Assembly (NCBI RefSeq): GCF_044704955.1
Contig: NC_091984.1
Coordinates: forward strand, 204,104,001 to 204,168,000
DNA length: 64,000 nucleotides
Direction: 5' to 3'
DNA from: Pristiophorus japonicus
Taxonomy: Eukaryota
Made by a program: the position numbers and the translations under genes. Below the pieces are notes generated by a model, which saw only the letters and a program-made list of their open reading frames with translations, made no database searches and was not told where the DNA came from. Positions 23,859-36,607 of the stretch are shown here, piece by piece (the stretch's first letter is position 1; every line of letters begins with the position of its first letter).

Positions 23859-24984
23859 GAGGCTGGACCACCCCAGAATCCAGGGAATTTTGGTAGATCA
23901 CAACCAATGCATCCACTATCTCCGCAGCCACTTCTTTTAGGATCCTATGATATAAGCCATCAAGTCCAGGAGACTTGTCTGCCTTTAGTCCCATTATTTT
24001 ACCGAGTACTACTACTTTAGTGATGATGATTGTATTAAGTTCCTCCTTCCCAATAACCCCATGATTATCCACTATTGGGATGTTTTTAGTGTCTTCTACC
24101 ATGAAGACCGAATCAAAATATATGTTCAACGTGTCTGCCATTTCCCTGTTCTCCATTATTAATTCTCCAGTCTCATCCTCTGCGGGACCAACATTTATTT
24201 TAGCCACTCTTTTCCTTTTTATGTACCTGTAAAAACTCTTACTATCTGTTTTTATATTTCGTGCTAGTTTACTTCCACAATCTATCTTCCCTCTATCTAG
24301 TCATTCTTTGCTGGCTTTTAAAAGTTTCCCAATCCTCTGGCCTCCTACTAGTCTTGGCCACCTTGTATGCCCTCGTTTTTAATTTGATACCATCCCTTCT
24401 TTCATTAGTTCACCACAGAAGCAGTCTTTCCTTCTCATTGGGATATATTTTTGCTGCGAGTTATGAAATATCTCCTTAAATGTCTGCCACTGCTCATCGA
24501 CCGTCCCATACTTTAATCTATTTTCCCAGTCCATTTTAGCCAACTCTGACCCCATACCTTTGTAGTCTCCTTTATTTAAGCTTAGGACAGTAGTTTGAGA
24601 TCCAACTTTCTCACCCTCCAACTGAATTTGAAATTCAACCATGTTATGGTCACTCATTCCTAGAAGATCCTTTACTAGGAGATCATTTATTAATCCTGTC
24701 TCAATAGACAGTACCATATCTAAGATAGCCTACTCCCTGGTTGGTTTCACAACGTACTGTTCAAGGAAACTATCCCGGATACAGTCTATGAACTCTTCCT
24801 CAAGGCTACCTTGGCCAACTTGCTTTGTCCAATCAATATGAAGGTAAAAATTGCCCATGATTATTGCCATTCTTTTTTTACAAGCCTCCATTAATTCTTG
24901 ATTTATACTCTGTGTCCAACAGTGAAGCTACTGTTGGGGGGGCCTGGAGACCACAACCATCAGCGACATTTTCCCCTTATTATC

Positions 24985-26835
24985 TGATGAAAGTAAACTA
25001 GCACAAAATATAAAAACAGGTGGCAAGAGTTTCTATAGATATATAAAAAGGAAAAGAGTGGCTAAAGTAAATGTTGGTCCCTTAGAGGACGAGACCGGGG
25101 AATTAGTAATGGGGAATATGGAGATGGCAGAAACTCTGAACAAATATTTTGTATCAGTCTTTACGGTAGAGGACACTAAAAATATCCCAACAGTGGATAG
25201 TCAAGGGGCTATGGGGCGGGGGGGGGAGGAACTTAACACAATCACTAAGGAGGTGGTACTCTGTAAGATAATGGGACTCAAGGCGGATAAATCCCCTGGA
25301 CCCGATGGCTTACATCCTAGGGTCTTAAGAGAAGTAACAGCAGGGTTAGTGGATGCATTGTTTGTAATTTACCAAAATTCCCTGGATTCTGGGGAGGTCC
25401 CAGCAGATTGGAAAACTGCAAATGTAACGCCCCTATTTAAAAAAGGAGGCAGACAAAAAGCAGGAAACTATAGACAAGTTAGCCTAACATCTGTCATTGG
25501 GAAAATGTTGGAGTCCATTATTAAAGAAACCGTAGCAGGACTTTTGGAAAAACATAATTCAGTCATTCAGAGTCAGCATGGATTTATGAAAGGGAAATCA
25601 TGTTTGACAAATTTGCTGAAATTCTTTGAGGATGTAATGAACAGGGTGGATAAAGGGGAACCAGTGGATGTGGTATATTTGAACTTCCAGAAAGCATTTG
25701 ACAAGATGCTACATAAAAGGTTACTGCACAAGATAAAAGTTCACCGGGTTGGGGGTATATATTAGCATGGATAGAGGATTGGCTATCGAACAGAAAACAG
25801 AGTCAGGATAAATGGTTCATTCTTGGGTTGGCAATCAGTAACTAGTGGGGTGCCGCAGGGATCAGTGCTGGGACCACAACTATTTACAATCTATGTTAAC
25901 GACTTGGAAGAAAAGCCCGAGTGTAACGTAGCCAAGTTTGCTGACGATACAAAGATGGGAGGAAAAGCAATGTGTGAGGAGGACACAAAAAATCTGCAAA
26001 AGGACATAGACAGGCTAAGTGAGTGGGCAAAAATGTGGCAGAGGGAGTATAATGTTGGAAAGTACGAGATTATGCACTTTGGCAGAAAAAAAATCAAAGA
26101 GCAAGTTATTATTTATATGGTGAAAAATTGCAAAGTGCTGCAGTACAGGGGGGCCTGGGGGTACTTGTGCATGCAACACAAAAGGTTAGTATGCAGGTAC
26201 AGCAAGTGATCAGGAAGGCCAATGGAATCTTGGCCTTTATTGCAAAGGGGATGGAGTATAAAAGCAGAGAAGTCTTGCTACGGTGAGGTGAGGCCACATC
26301 TGGAATACAGCGTACAGTTTTGGTTTCTATATTTAAGAAAGGATATACTTGCTTTGGAGGTAGTTCAGAGAAGGTTCACTAGGTTGATTCCAGAGATGAG
26401 GGGGATGATTTATGAGGAAAGGTTGAGTAGGTTGTGCCTCTACTCATTGGAATTCAGAAGAATGAGAGGTGATCTTATCGAAACGTATAAGATTTTGAGG
26501 GGCTTGACAAGGTGGATGCAGAGAGGATTTTTCCACTGATAGAGGAGACTAGAACTAGGGGGCATAATCTTAGAATAAGGGGCCGCCCATTTAAAACTTA
26601 GATGAGGAGGAATTTCTTCACTAAGAGTTGTAAATCTGTTGAATTTGCTACCTCAGAGCTGTGGAAGCTGGGTCATTGAATAAATTTAAGATGGAGATAG
26701 ACAGTTTCTTAACTGATAGGGGGTTATGGGGAGTGGGCAGGGAAGTGGACCTGAGTCCATGATCGGATCAGCCATGATCGTATTGAATAGCGGAGCAGGC
26801 TCAAGAGCCGTATGGCCAACCCCTGCTCCTGTTAA
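24985..26835 (+). mobile_element. 5'-truncated CR1 nested antisense in a CR1
   Basis: ORFs 25058-25765, 25823-26209 and 26222-26539 carry RT motifs. Confidence 0.9.
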
Positions 26836-27804
26836 GTTTTTATGTAACAGCTCCCTCTTACTCCAGTATGGGTGCCAGTGTCCCACGAACCAAAACCCAT
26901 TTCTCCCACACCAGTCTTTGAGCCACGTGTTTAACTCTCTGATCTTATTTACCCTATGTAAATTTGCTCGTGGCTCAGGTAGTAATCCAGAGATTATTAC
27001 TTTTGTGGTTCTGTTTTTTAATTTGGCCCCTAGCTGTTCATACTCCCTCAGCAGAACCTCTTTCTTTGTCCTATCTGTCATTGGTATCCACGTGGACCAT
27101 GACAACTGGATCTTCCCCCTCCCATTCCAAGTTCTTCTCCACCCCTGAGGAGATATCATTAACCCTGGCACCGGACAGGCAACACAGCCTCTGGGACTCA
27201 TGCTCTTGACTGCAGAGAACCGTATCCCCCTAATGATACTGTCCCCTACCACTACAACTTTTTTTTTTTTTTACTCCTCCCGCTTGATTGGCCCCCTGTA
27301 CCACAATGCTGTGGTCAGTTTGCTCATCCTCCATGCAGTCCCTGCTCTCGTCCACACACTGAATAAGAGCCTCGAAGCTGTTGAACAAGAGCAAGGGCCG
27401 AGGCTCCTCCGTCACTACATCCTGGGTCCCCTTATCTACCTCGCATGTAGTCACACCCTCCTGTCCCTGACTGTGGACCAAATTTGAATGAATTAATCTA
27501 AGAGATGTGACTGCTTCCTGGAACACAGCGTCCAGGTCACTCTTTCCCCCCCCCCTCTCCCTGATGTGTCACAGTGACTGCAGCTGGAACTCCAGCTCGT
27601 CAACACAGAGCTGAAGTTCCTCGAGCTGCAGACACTTGCTGCAGATGTAGTCGCCGTGAATCTCAATTGTTCAACCAACTCCCACATACAACAGCAGAAA
27701 CACATTGCCTGTCCTGACATCTTTAATGTATTTAGTTAATTAAGTTTTCAAGTTTTATTTTTAATCCCAGCTCATAATTCAAACCAAAGCCCCAGAAAAG
27801 GAGA

Positions 27805-28042
27805 AACATCTTCACTCAGGGTGGTGAATCTTTGGAATTCTCTACCCCAGAGGGCTGTGGAGTTTAAGTCGTTGAGTATATTCAAGACTGATCGATCGAT
27901 TTTTGGATATTGAGGGAATCTAGGGATACAGGGATAGTGCAGGAAAGTAGAGTTGAGGTCGAAGATCAGTCATGATATTGAATGGCGGAGCAGGCGTGAG
28001 GGGCCGAATTGCCTACTCCTGCACCTATTTCTTATGTTCTTA
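27805..28042 (+). mobile_element. CR1 3' tail
   Basis: LWNSLP-coding stretch, 3' UTR and ttcttatgttctt tail. Confidence 0.8.
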
Positions 28043-28322
28043 ATTTCTTCAAATCAAATTTCATCAGAATATTTTAAGTATTCACTATTGGAAATTTTGT
28101 AAGACTCAACAGAAACTCAGAAATAATGGAATACTATAGAACTGTAATCAATAATTATATATTTTAAAGATTGGCAGTGATCATGGAATTGATTCCATTT
28201 CTAAAATTTTAGATCTTTGCCGCTCACAAAGGGAATCAAATGAGGATAATGAGTTTTCATTTTTGTTGTACTGTGTTCTCGAATTATTTGATTTAATTCA
28301 TAAATGAAGATTTATATTACAG

Positions 28323-28430
28323 AGAAAAAAGAAAACGCAAGTTCAGTAGAAGCAGAAGCCGTAGCCGGACTCCCCCAGCTTTCAGGGGCCGCAATGCTGC
28401 CATGGATGCTCAGGAAGCATTGGCTCGAAG
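28323..28430 (+). CDS. RSRC2: RSRC2 exon 6
   Basis: ttacag|AGAAAA...CGAAG|gtaatt; FRGRNAAMDAQEALARR (human FRGRNTAMDAQEALARR). Confidence 0.93.
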
Positions 28431-28478
28431 GTAATTTTTGTTTCTTCATATAATTTTTAAATAGTTAATTTTGGTTTT

Positions 28479-31215
28479 AGAAACATAGAAACATAGAAAA
28501 TAGGTGCAGGAGTAGGCCATTCGGCCCTTCTAGCCTGCACCGCCATTCAATGAGTTCATGGCTGAACATGCAACTTCAGTACCCCATTCCTGCTTTCTCA
28601 CCGTACCCCTTGATTCCCCTAGTAGTAAGGACTTCATCTAACTCCTTTTTGAATATATTTAGTGAATTGGCCTCAACAACTTTCTGTGGTAGAGAATTCC
28701 ACAGGTTCACCACTCTCTGGGTGAAGAAATTCCTCCTCATCTCGGTCCTAAATGGCTTCCCCCTTATCCTTAGACTGTGTCCCCTGGTTCTGGACTTCCC
28801 CAACATTGGGAACATTCTTCCTGCATCTAACCTGTCTAACCCCGTCAGAATTTTAAACGTTTCTATGAGGTCCCCTCTCATTCTTCTGAACTCCAGTGAA
28901 TACAAGCCCAGTTGATCCAGTCTTTCTTGATAGGTCAGTCCCGCCATCCCGGGAATCAGTCTGGTGAACCTTCGCTGCACTCCCTCAATAGCAAGAATGT
29001 CCTTCCTCAGGTTAGGAGACCAAAACTGTACACAATACTCCAGGTGTGGCCTCACCAAGGCCCTGTACAATTGTAGCAACACCTCCCTGCCCTTGTACTC
29101 AAATCCCCTCGCTATGAAGGCCAACATGCCATTTGCTTTCTTAACCGCCTGCTGTACCTGCATGCCAACCTTCAATGACTGATGTACCATGACACCCAGG
29201 TCTCGTTGCACCTCTCCTTTTCCTAATCTGTCACCATTCAGATAATAGTCTGTCTCTCTGTTTTTACCACCAAAGTGGATAACCTCACATTTATCCACAT
29301 TATACTTCATCTGCCATGCATTTGCCCACTCACCTAACCTATCCAAGTCGCTCTGCAGCCTCATAGAATCCTCCTTGCAGCTCACACTGCCACCCAACTT
29401 AGTGTCATCCGCAAATTTGGAGATACTACATTTAATCCCGTCGTCTAAATCATTCATGTACAGTGTAAACAGCTGGGGCCCCAGCACAGAACCTTGCGGT
29501 ACCCCACTAGTCACTGCCTGCCATTCTGAAAAGTCCCCATTTACTCCTACTCTTTGCTTCCTGTCTGACAACCAGTTCTCAATCCATGTCAGCACACTAC
29601 CCCCAATCCCATGTGCTTTAACTTTGCACATTAATCTCTTGTGTGGGACCTTGTCGAAAGCCTTCTGAAAGTCCAAATATACCACATCGACTGGTTCTCC
29701 CTTGTCCACTCTACTGGAAACATCCTCAAAAAATTCCAGAAGATTTATCAAGCATGATTTCCCTTTCACAAATCCATGCTGACTTGGACCTATCATATTG
29801 CCTCTTTCCAAATGCACTGCGATCACATCCTTAATAATTGATTCCATCATTTTACCCACTACCGATGTCAGGCTGACCGGTCGGTCTGTAATTCCCTGTT
29901 TTCTCTCTCCCTCCTTTTTTAAAAAGTGGGGTTACATTGGCTACCCTCCACTCCATAGGAACTGATCCAGAGTCAATGGAATGTTGGAAAATGACTGTCA
30001 ATGCATCCACTATTTCCAAGGCCACCTCCTTAAGTACTCTGGGATGCAGTCCATCAGGCCCTGGGGATTTATCGGCCTTCAATCCCATCAATTTCCCCAA
30101 CACAATTTCCCGACTAATAAGGATTTCCCTCAGTTCCTCCTCCTTACTAGACCCTCCGACCCCTTTTATATCCGGAAGGTTGTTTGTGTCCTCCTCAGTG
30201 AATACCGAACCAAAGTACTTGTTCAATTGGTCCGCCATTTCTTTGTTCCCCGTTATGACTTCCCCTGATTCTGACTGCAGGGGACCTACGTTTGTCTTCA
30301 CTAACCTTTTTCTCTTTACATATCTATAGAAACTTTTGCAATCCGTCTTAATGTTCCCTGCAAGCTTCTTCTCGTACTCCATTTTCCCTGCCCTAATCAA
30401 ACCCTTTGTCCTCCTCTGCTGAGTTCTAAATTTCTCCCAGTCCCCGGGTTCTCTGCTATTTCTGGCCAATTTGTATGCCACTTCCTTGGCTTTAATGCTA
30501 TCCCTGATTTCCCTTGATAGCCACGGTTGAGCCACCTTCCCTTTTTTATTTTTACGACAGACAGGAATGTACAATTGTTGTAGTTCATCCATGCGGTCTC
30601 TAAATGTCTGCCATTGCCCATCCACAGTCAACCCCTTCAGTATCATTCGCCAATCTATCCTAGCCAATTCACGCCTCATACCTTCAAAGTTACCCTTCTT
30701 TAAGTTCTGGACCATGGTCTCTGAATTAACTGTTTCATTCTCCATCCTAATGCAGAATTCCACCATATTATGGTCACTCTTCCCCAAGGGGCCTCGCACA
30801 ACGAGATTGCTAATTAATCCTCTCTCATTACACAACACCCAGTCTAAGATGGCCTCCCCCCTAGTTGGTTCCTCGACATATTGGTCTAAAAAACCATCCC
30901 TTATGCACTCCAGGAAATCCTCCTCTACCGTATTGCTTCCAGTTTGGTTAACCCAATCTATGTGCATATTAAAGTCACCCATTATAACTGCTGCACCTTT
31001 ATTGCACGCACCCCTAATTTCATGTTTGATGCCCTCCCCAACATCACTACTACTGTTTGGAGGTCTGTACACAACTCCCACTAACGTTTTTTGTCCTTTG
31101 GTATTCTGCAGCTCTACCCAGATAGATTCCACATCATCCAAGCTAATGTCCTTCCGAACTATTGCCTTAATTTGCTCCTTAACCAGCAATGCTACCCCAC
31201 CTCCTTTTCCTTTTA
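28479..31215 (-). mobile_element. young 5'-truncated CR1 with ORF2 broken by one 4-bp duplication
   Basis: ORFs of 445 aa (endonuclease GDFN, SDH) and 427 aa (RT FADD); CGGT duplicated at 29878-29885. Confidence 0.97.
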
Positions 31216-32108
31216 TTTGAGTTTCTATTTGGTTAGATACAACCCTGTAACATATATGGAAACTATTTGCTTTAAAACTAGAAGTTTAAATAGCTGGTTG
31301 AGCCACGAGGTGCTGATTCACTTATTTGAGTTTAATTTCATGGGGTGGGTGTGGTGAAGAAAGCAAGATCTGTCGACCTCACTTCCCTCTGCTTTCAGCT
31401 GGCTCGTAATAGAGTAGCACTGATTGTCCAAAAATCAGGTCTCACTGTCCTTTGCTTCTAGGCAGAGGAGATGCGAAGAGCCTGCAATCTTTATTACAAT
31501 AATACATAGTAACAAAGGTGATCATTTAGATACAATGGGGGTTTCAGTATTTTTTTTGTGCTTTTGGTCCCTAGATTTTAAATTTATTGATGTATCAAAG
31601 ACTTTTTTTTAACCACCCGTCTGTTTGTCTGCCAACTGGTAGCATTGGCCAGAGAGGGACTTTTCAGTTAGCAACACTTGCATATTAAATCCTGTAGTGA
31701 CTGATAGGCAAATCTCTGACAGCTCAGAAAATTCTTTTCATCTGTTTTTAATATGCCTCTGCTACTGATAATTCCAAAGCTGAACTCTTCAGGTAGCAAC
31801 AGCATGCAGGGTATGTATTAAGTCCCATGGTGATTGAGGTGGGAACTCCCTGGAGCTAACCATAACTTACGCGCTGAAAAATGTTGTCTGTTTTGGCGTC
31901 TCTTATTAACCTTACTATAATTCTACTCGAGTGCTTCAATAAAAAGTTACATTTATATTACATGTTGATTATAAAATTATGGATTCTATTTCATAGAATA
32001 CCTTGGCTACAGTTTAGAGGCACTGCTGCTACTTGTGCCTGTTATAAAGGTCAGCTTCCACGGCAGCCTCATGCTCCTTCCGAATTGAAATATGACTGTA
32101 CACACATT

Positions 32109-33541
32109 AGGCCCAAGTTTCCACATGATTTGCGCCTGATTTTTAGGAGCAACTGGTGGAGAACGGACTATCTTAGAATTCGCAATTCTCCACATTTTTT
32201 TTTTCTGCAGTTCTAGTCAGGTAGAACAGTTCTACTGGGGCGGTGTGTCCGGCCACTGACGCCTGATTTCAAGTTTCCAGAGTGAAAATGTACTCCAAAC
32301 TAAAGTAGAATGGAGCAAGTGAAGATTTTTGTAGAACTGAAAAAACCTGTTCTACACATTAAAAAATCAGGCGCAGGTTACAAATCAGGCGTCTAGAACG
32401 AGGTAGGCAGGGGGGGAAGGGAACTCATTAAATTCTACAATAAATCCTTATTTATACTTCTACAAATAAATCCAACCTGAATAAACATTTATAAGCAAAG
32501 AAAAGATTAAATAAACTATCTTCCTACCTGTGTGAAAGTGCTTCAGCCAGGAAGAATGGTGGAGGGAGCCGACCGAACGCGGGCCGGGGGGTTGGGGGGG
32601 GGGGGGGGGGGGGAGGGGGGAAGAAGAGAGGAGGGAGCCGACCGAACGCGGACAGGTGGGGGAGGAGGGAGCCGACCGAACGCGGGCCGGGGGGGGGAGG
32701 AGGGAGCCGACCGAACGCGGGGGGGGGAGGGGGGGGAACGGAGCCGACAAACGTGGGGGGGGGGGGTGGAGGGAGCCGACGAACGCGGGGCGGGGAGGGA
32801 AGGGAGCCAACGAACGCGGGAGGGAGAGAGCCAACCGAACGCGGGGGAGGGAGCCGACCGAACGCGGGAGGGAGGGAGCCTACCGAACGCGGGGGGGGGG
32901 GGGGGAGGGGGGAGAGGGAAGGGAGCCGACCGAACGCGGGTGGGTGGGGGGCGGAGGGAAGGGAGCCGACCGAATGCAGGAGGGAGGGAGCCTACCGAAC
33001 GCGGAGGGGGGTGGGCAGGGAATGGAGCCGTTCCAGACGGCTGGCGGGAAAGAGAGAAGGCTGCAGGAAGCCTCAGAAATTGAGGAGCCATTTCCCGACG
33101 GCAAAAGGGGGAGGTCGTCGGGAAACGGCTGCCTCAACTTTCTGAGGCTTCCTGCACCCTTCTCACTGCGACAAGAAGCCTCTGTGCTGATGGCAATGTA
33201 CTTTTATTAAAAAAATGTTAAAAAAAACTAAGCAGCTACAAAGAACTACAAAAATGGCCGAGTGGCAATGTTTTTTTCACACTGAGCATGCGCGAACGCT
33301 CCAACGCGCACGTGCAGCGTTGCCGGCAGGAAAAAAACTAATTTAAATAGTACCCGCCATCTCCCACTTACAAAATCGGCGCGAATGTAGGCTCCGCCCC
33401 CCTGGGCGCCGCGCCAAGCAGACAAGGAGCTGCAAAGCGCTCCAGAATCGCTCGTTTTTTTTCCGGCGCCGTTTTAGGCGCGAAAGACGGGCGCCCAGCT
33501 CAGAGGGGCGCCCGTTTTTTATCATGTGGAAACTTGGGCCC
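32109..33541. mobile_element. non-autonomous TIR DNA transposon, PIF/Harbinger-like (copy A)
   Basis: TIR ggcccaagtttccacatgat at both ends; internal GC-rich minisatellite; no transposase. Confidence 0.8.
32560..33020 (+). repeat. G-rich minisatellite (gagggagccgaccgaacgcggg plus G-runs)
   Basis: More than ten imperfect units separated by poly-G. Confidence 0.9.
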
Positions 33542-34230
33542 TTTAATCTGGGATTAATCCGAGGAAGTACACCCTAGAAATACGGATAATCACTCTACGC
33601 TCTTAATTCTGTGACTGGCCAAATAATACTGACAGTCCATATATCTTGCTACAAACTGAATCACATTTATTTAGAATTTAAATTAAACAGAACCAAGAGC
33701 AAACATGACAGGTTTCATTAAATTACAGAATTCTACTTGACTGACCAGTTTCAAAATGATATGCCTTGAAGTTCCCTCATTCTCTGTAGTATTCCACATT
33801 AACTTTGAGGCAATGTCTGTTGCGACGTTTATAAGTGAAATTGGATGTTCATGGAGTATTCCACATCCCAGCTCAGCAGCCTGGCAAAGCAGAAAATCAC
33901 TGACTAAACGTTAATACCAGCAACAGTTATACTGCCCCATCCCCGCTCTGAACTATGAACAGAGGCAAAAGAAGATCAAACGGGTAACCTCAATTAAATA
34001 AAGTTGTTACTTCCTAGTAGGGTTTAGAGAAATTGCCCTGACAGGATTTCCTGATGCTCTTTATAATTGTGAAAAAAGCAAATCTTGTATAGAGCAGGGC
34101 AGCCAATCCCCATCTATCCTTGCGTAGTCTATGAATATTTAACTAAAATTATAATTCACTAGCCAAGCCAAAAATGTGGAGTCAAAGTAATGGCTAAGTA
34201 TTTAGTAACTTGTAATGTTTTGCATCACAG

Positions 34231-34313
34231 GCTTGAAAGAGCAAAGAAGCTTCAGGAGCAAAAAGAAAAAGAACTACTGGAGAAACAGAAAGAGGAGCAA
34301 ATAGATACTGCAG
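34231..34313 (+). CDS. RSRC2: RSRC2 exon 7 (coiled coil)
   Basis: tcacag|GCTTGAA...GCAG|gtaatt; LERAKKLQEQKEKE. Confidence 0.93.
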
Positions 34314-36070
34314 GTAATTCTTAATTATTGAATATATTACAACATTTGTTTATTTTAAGGTTTGCAAAACAAATAAGAGTAGAGAGGAATAACTGCATGC
34401 AAACAAATGGAAGCCTTTCATATCCAAGATCAGATGTTTATAGAATATTGTTTGTTTACCAGTCTTTGTTTGGTTTGTGGTAGGGAAGTGGAAAATTGAA
34501 GATGTTTATCTACTGCAATTTTAATTTTGCAGCAAAGCAGTTTCCACTTCACTGCAAAAGTGGCAGTGTAAAGCAATTACTTTGGCAGTCTGACTTCATA
34601 GTACACTTGAAACCACAAAGTGAAATCCCCTATAGTTGTAGGCTCCATCATGAAGTGAAATTCATGACTGAGGTGTATATCTGGCTTCCTGGAAGATGAG
34701 TGACCAGCAGGACTTTTCTGCAGCAATCCGTGTCAGTAGTTTGACGTCATTAGGATTGTAAATCAGCTTTGGAATTGGGGACACGCAGTGCTAGTGTGGA
34801 TAATGAAGTGAACTCTCACTTCCCTTTATGCAATAGAATGACACAATTTTCCTGTAAATGTTGGTGTATTTTGTTGCATTATGTTTAAAAAGTGTAGCAT
34901 GGTTTTTATGCTGGCTGCCAATTAATCCCGAACCATAGGTCATTTAAAAAAAATACTTTGAACATAGAATTTATGTATGAAATGTTGTGGTACTTAATAC
35001 TATGGCACTTCATGAAATATAATAAACAGATGGGTTTATGTAAATGTTACTAGTTTTGCCCATTGATAAACAATATGTCAACACTGACATGGCACCTGAT
35101 TACATGATATCACTTCAGAATTGGAATGCAGCATTCCACATTGCTGTACTTTTATGAAATATTTATTCCTCCTTCCTCCATTGACAAGCCGAGAGGTTTA
35201 CTAAGGAAGTAAAAAGGATAATTTTTAAAATTAGTCTGATTTGTCAGCTTTTCTATTTGTTCATAATTTCTGATTAGCCGTAGATGTATTTGTTGTCATA
35301 GTTTTTGAGCTGTATCTGTCCAATACTTTTAAAGATTCGCATTTCTAACGAAATTGCGGAGTTTCTATTTTACATATACAGTCTGAAGTCTGCTCATGAA
35401 TGAAAATGTTTGAGATTCTGGGTTGTATCTATTGTGCAGTGGATACCCACAATGTAAACTTATTTTTCCCCCTCTTTCACATTTTCTCTTCTCCTACACT
35501 CTAAACTAGATAATATTTGCACGTTAATGGAGTTTTTCACGTTTTGACATGAACGGGACCAATCCAGTGTTTGATCACTTGCGTAAGAAACTAAAGTGTA
35601 AATAATGCACTTGTTACTGGATAGTAAATCCTGTTATGGTGCTAATTGTTACTGTAACATAGGAAGCATTCATCTTTGATTTTTATTGTATTAGCTCATT
35701 AATATTTCTGTTTTACACTTTCCCTTATTTTATTCTTTCCAAAATAGTTTAAAAGTGATTTCTCAAAGTACAGGTAGTAGAATTTTAGGATTGAGAACAT
35801 TGTTACTGATTTATAGGCAATTGAGCATGTGAGGGAATGTGAGGAAGTTGTACCTGAAGAGAGGTCTAATTCCTGGAGCATTTGTCATGCAATAAATGCA
35901 CACTGGAATATCACCATATCATGTCCCTTGGTAATTACTGCATATATGCAGATGGCAGGAACTGTAATGTGCATACAAAACAGAAACTGCAATAATGTTT
36001 AAAATTGGAGTTTGAAAAAACATAACTGGACAAATACTTCTGAAAAATAAGCACTATTTATTTTTAATAG

Positions 36071-36112
36071 ATACAACTAATGGATCACTTGGAAATGTCA
36101 ACCAACCAACAG
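36071..36112 (+). CDS. RSRC2: candidate extra 42-nt in-frame RSRC2 exon
   Basis: tttttaatag|ATACAAC...CAACAG|gtagga; phase 1-1 and open (DTTNGSLGNVNQPT); no counterpart in the human protein as I recall it. Confidence 0.5.
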
Positions 36113-36607
36113 GTAGGAAAACTTCATATCTATTTATTAGCAAAGTATGTCCTTCCACAATTACATTTGCATTTAATTTCAAATTACTCCAGTTGCCAGA
36201 GCTTCCTGTATGTGATTAGTCTTTCAGTTTTGACTTATAAGGGAATATTTGAGGGAATGCAGAACTTCCAGCCAGATGCAATTTGTGTTCTTTTGATTGC
36301 TGTCCTCGAAAATTATGTTAGAAATACAGTCATGTTTTTAACCTGTGGGTCAGAAACACTTGTCAGTATTCAGCTATGTTCCTTACTACCAGTCTCATCT
36401 TCAATTCTTGACTGATGCTGCTGCCGCCGCCGCCAGGTGCAGAATTCCCGCATGTAGCTGCGTCTGCATCCAGAGCAAAGCAGCCATTATATGCAGGGGC
36501 TACAGCCAAGACAGTCCGTGAAGACTGCATCATAGAGGGAGAGTGCAGGATAATATAAAGGAGTGTTTTGAAGCAGAATGGGTACTAAGAAATTCCTTGG
36601 GGAAGGG

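Larger units (their letters stand above)
22015..27770 (-). mobile_element. near full-length CR1 hosting two nested insertions
   Basis: Tail at about 22015, RT 22150-24200, EN 24380-24980, ORF1 esterase (VGDSIIRG) 26840-27250 and Cys-rich ORF1 start (CxxxxMWE) near 27700. Confidence 0.85.

Noticed and set aside
28576-31189. Reverse transcriptase and endonuclease ORFs as a novel retron-like system or host gene
   Set aside because: Ordinary CR1 ORF2 with many decayed paralogues in the window.
32560-33020. Repeat-spacer look (CRISPR-like)
   Set aside because: The spacers are poly-G of variable length, there are no cas genes, and the context is a vertebrate intron.
32460-33210. Pro/Gly/Arg-rich ORFs on both strands
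   Set aside because: By-products of a GC-rich minisatellite inside a TIR element.
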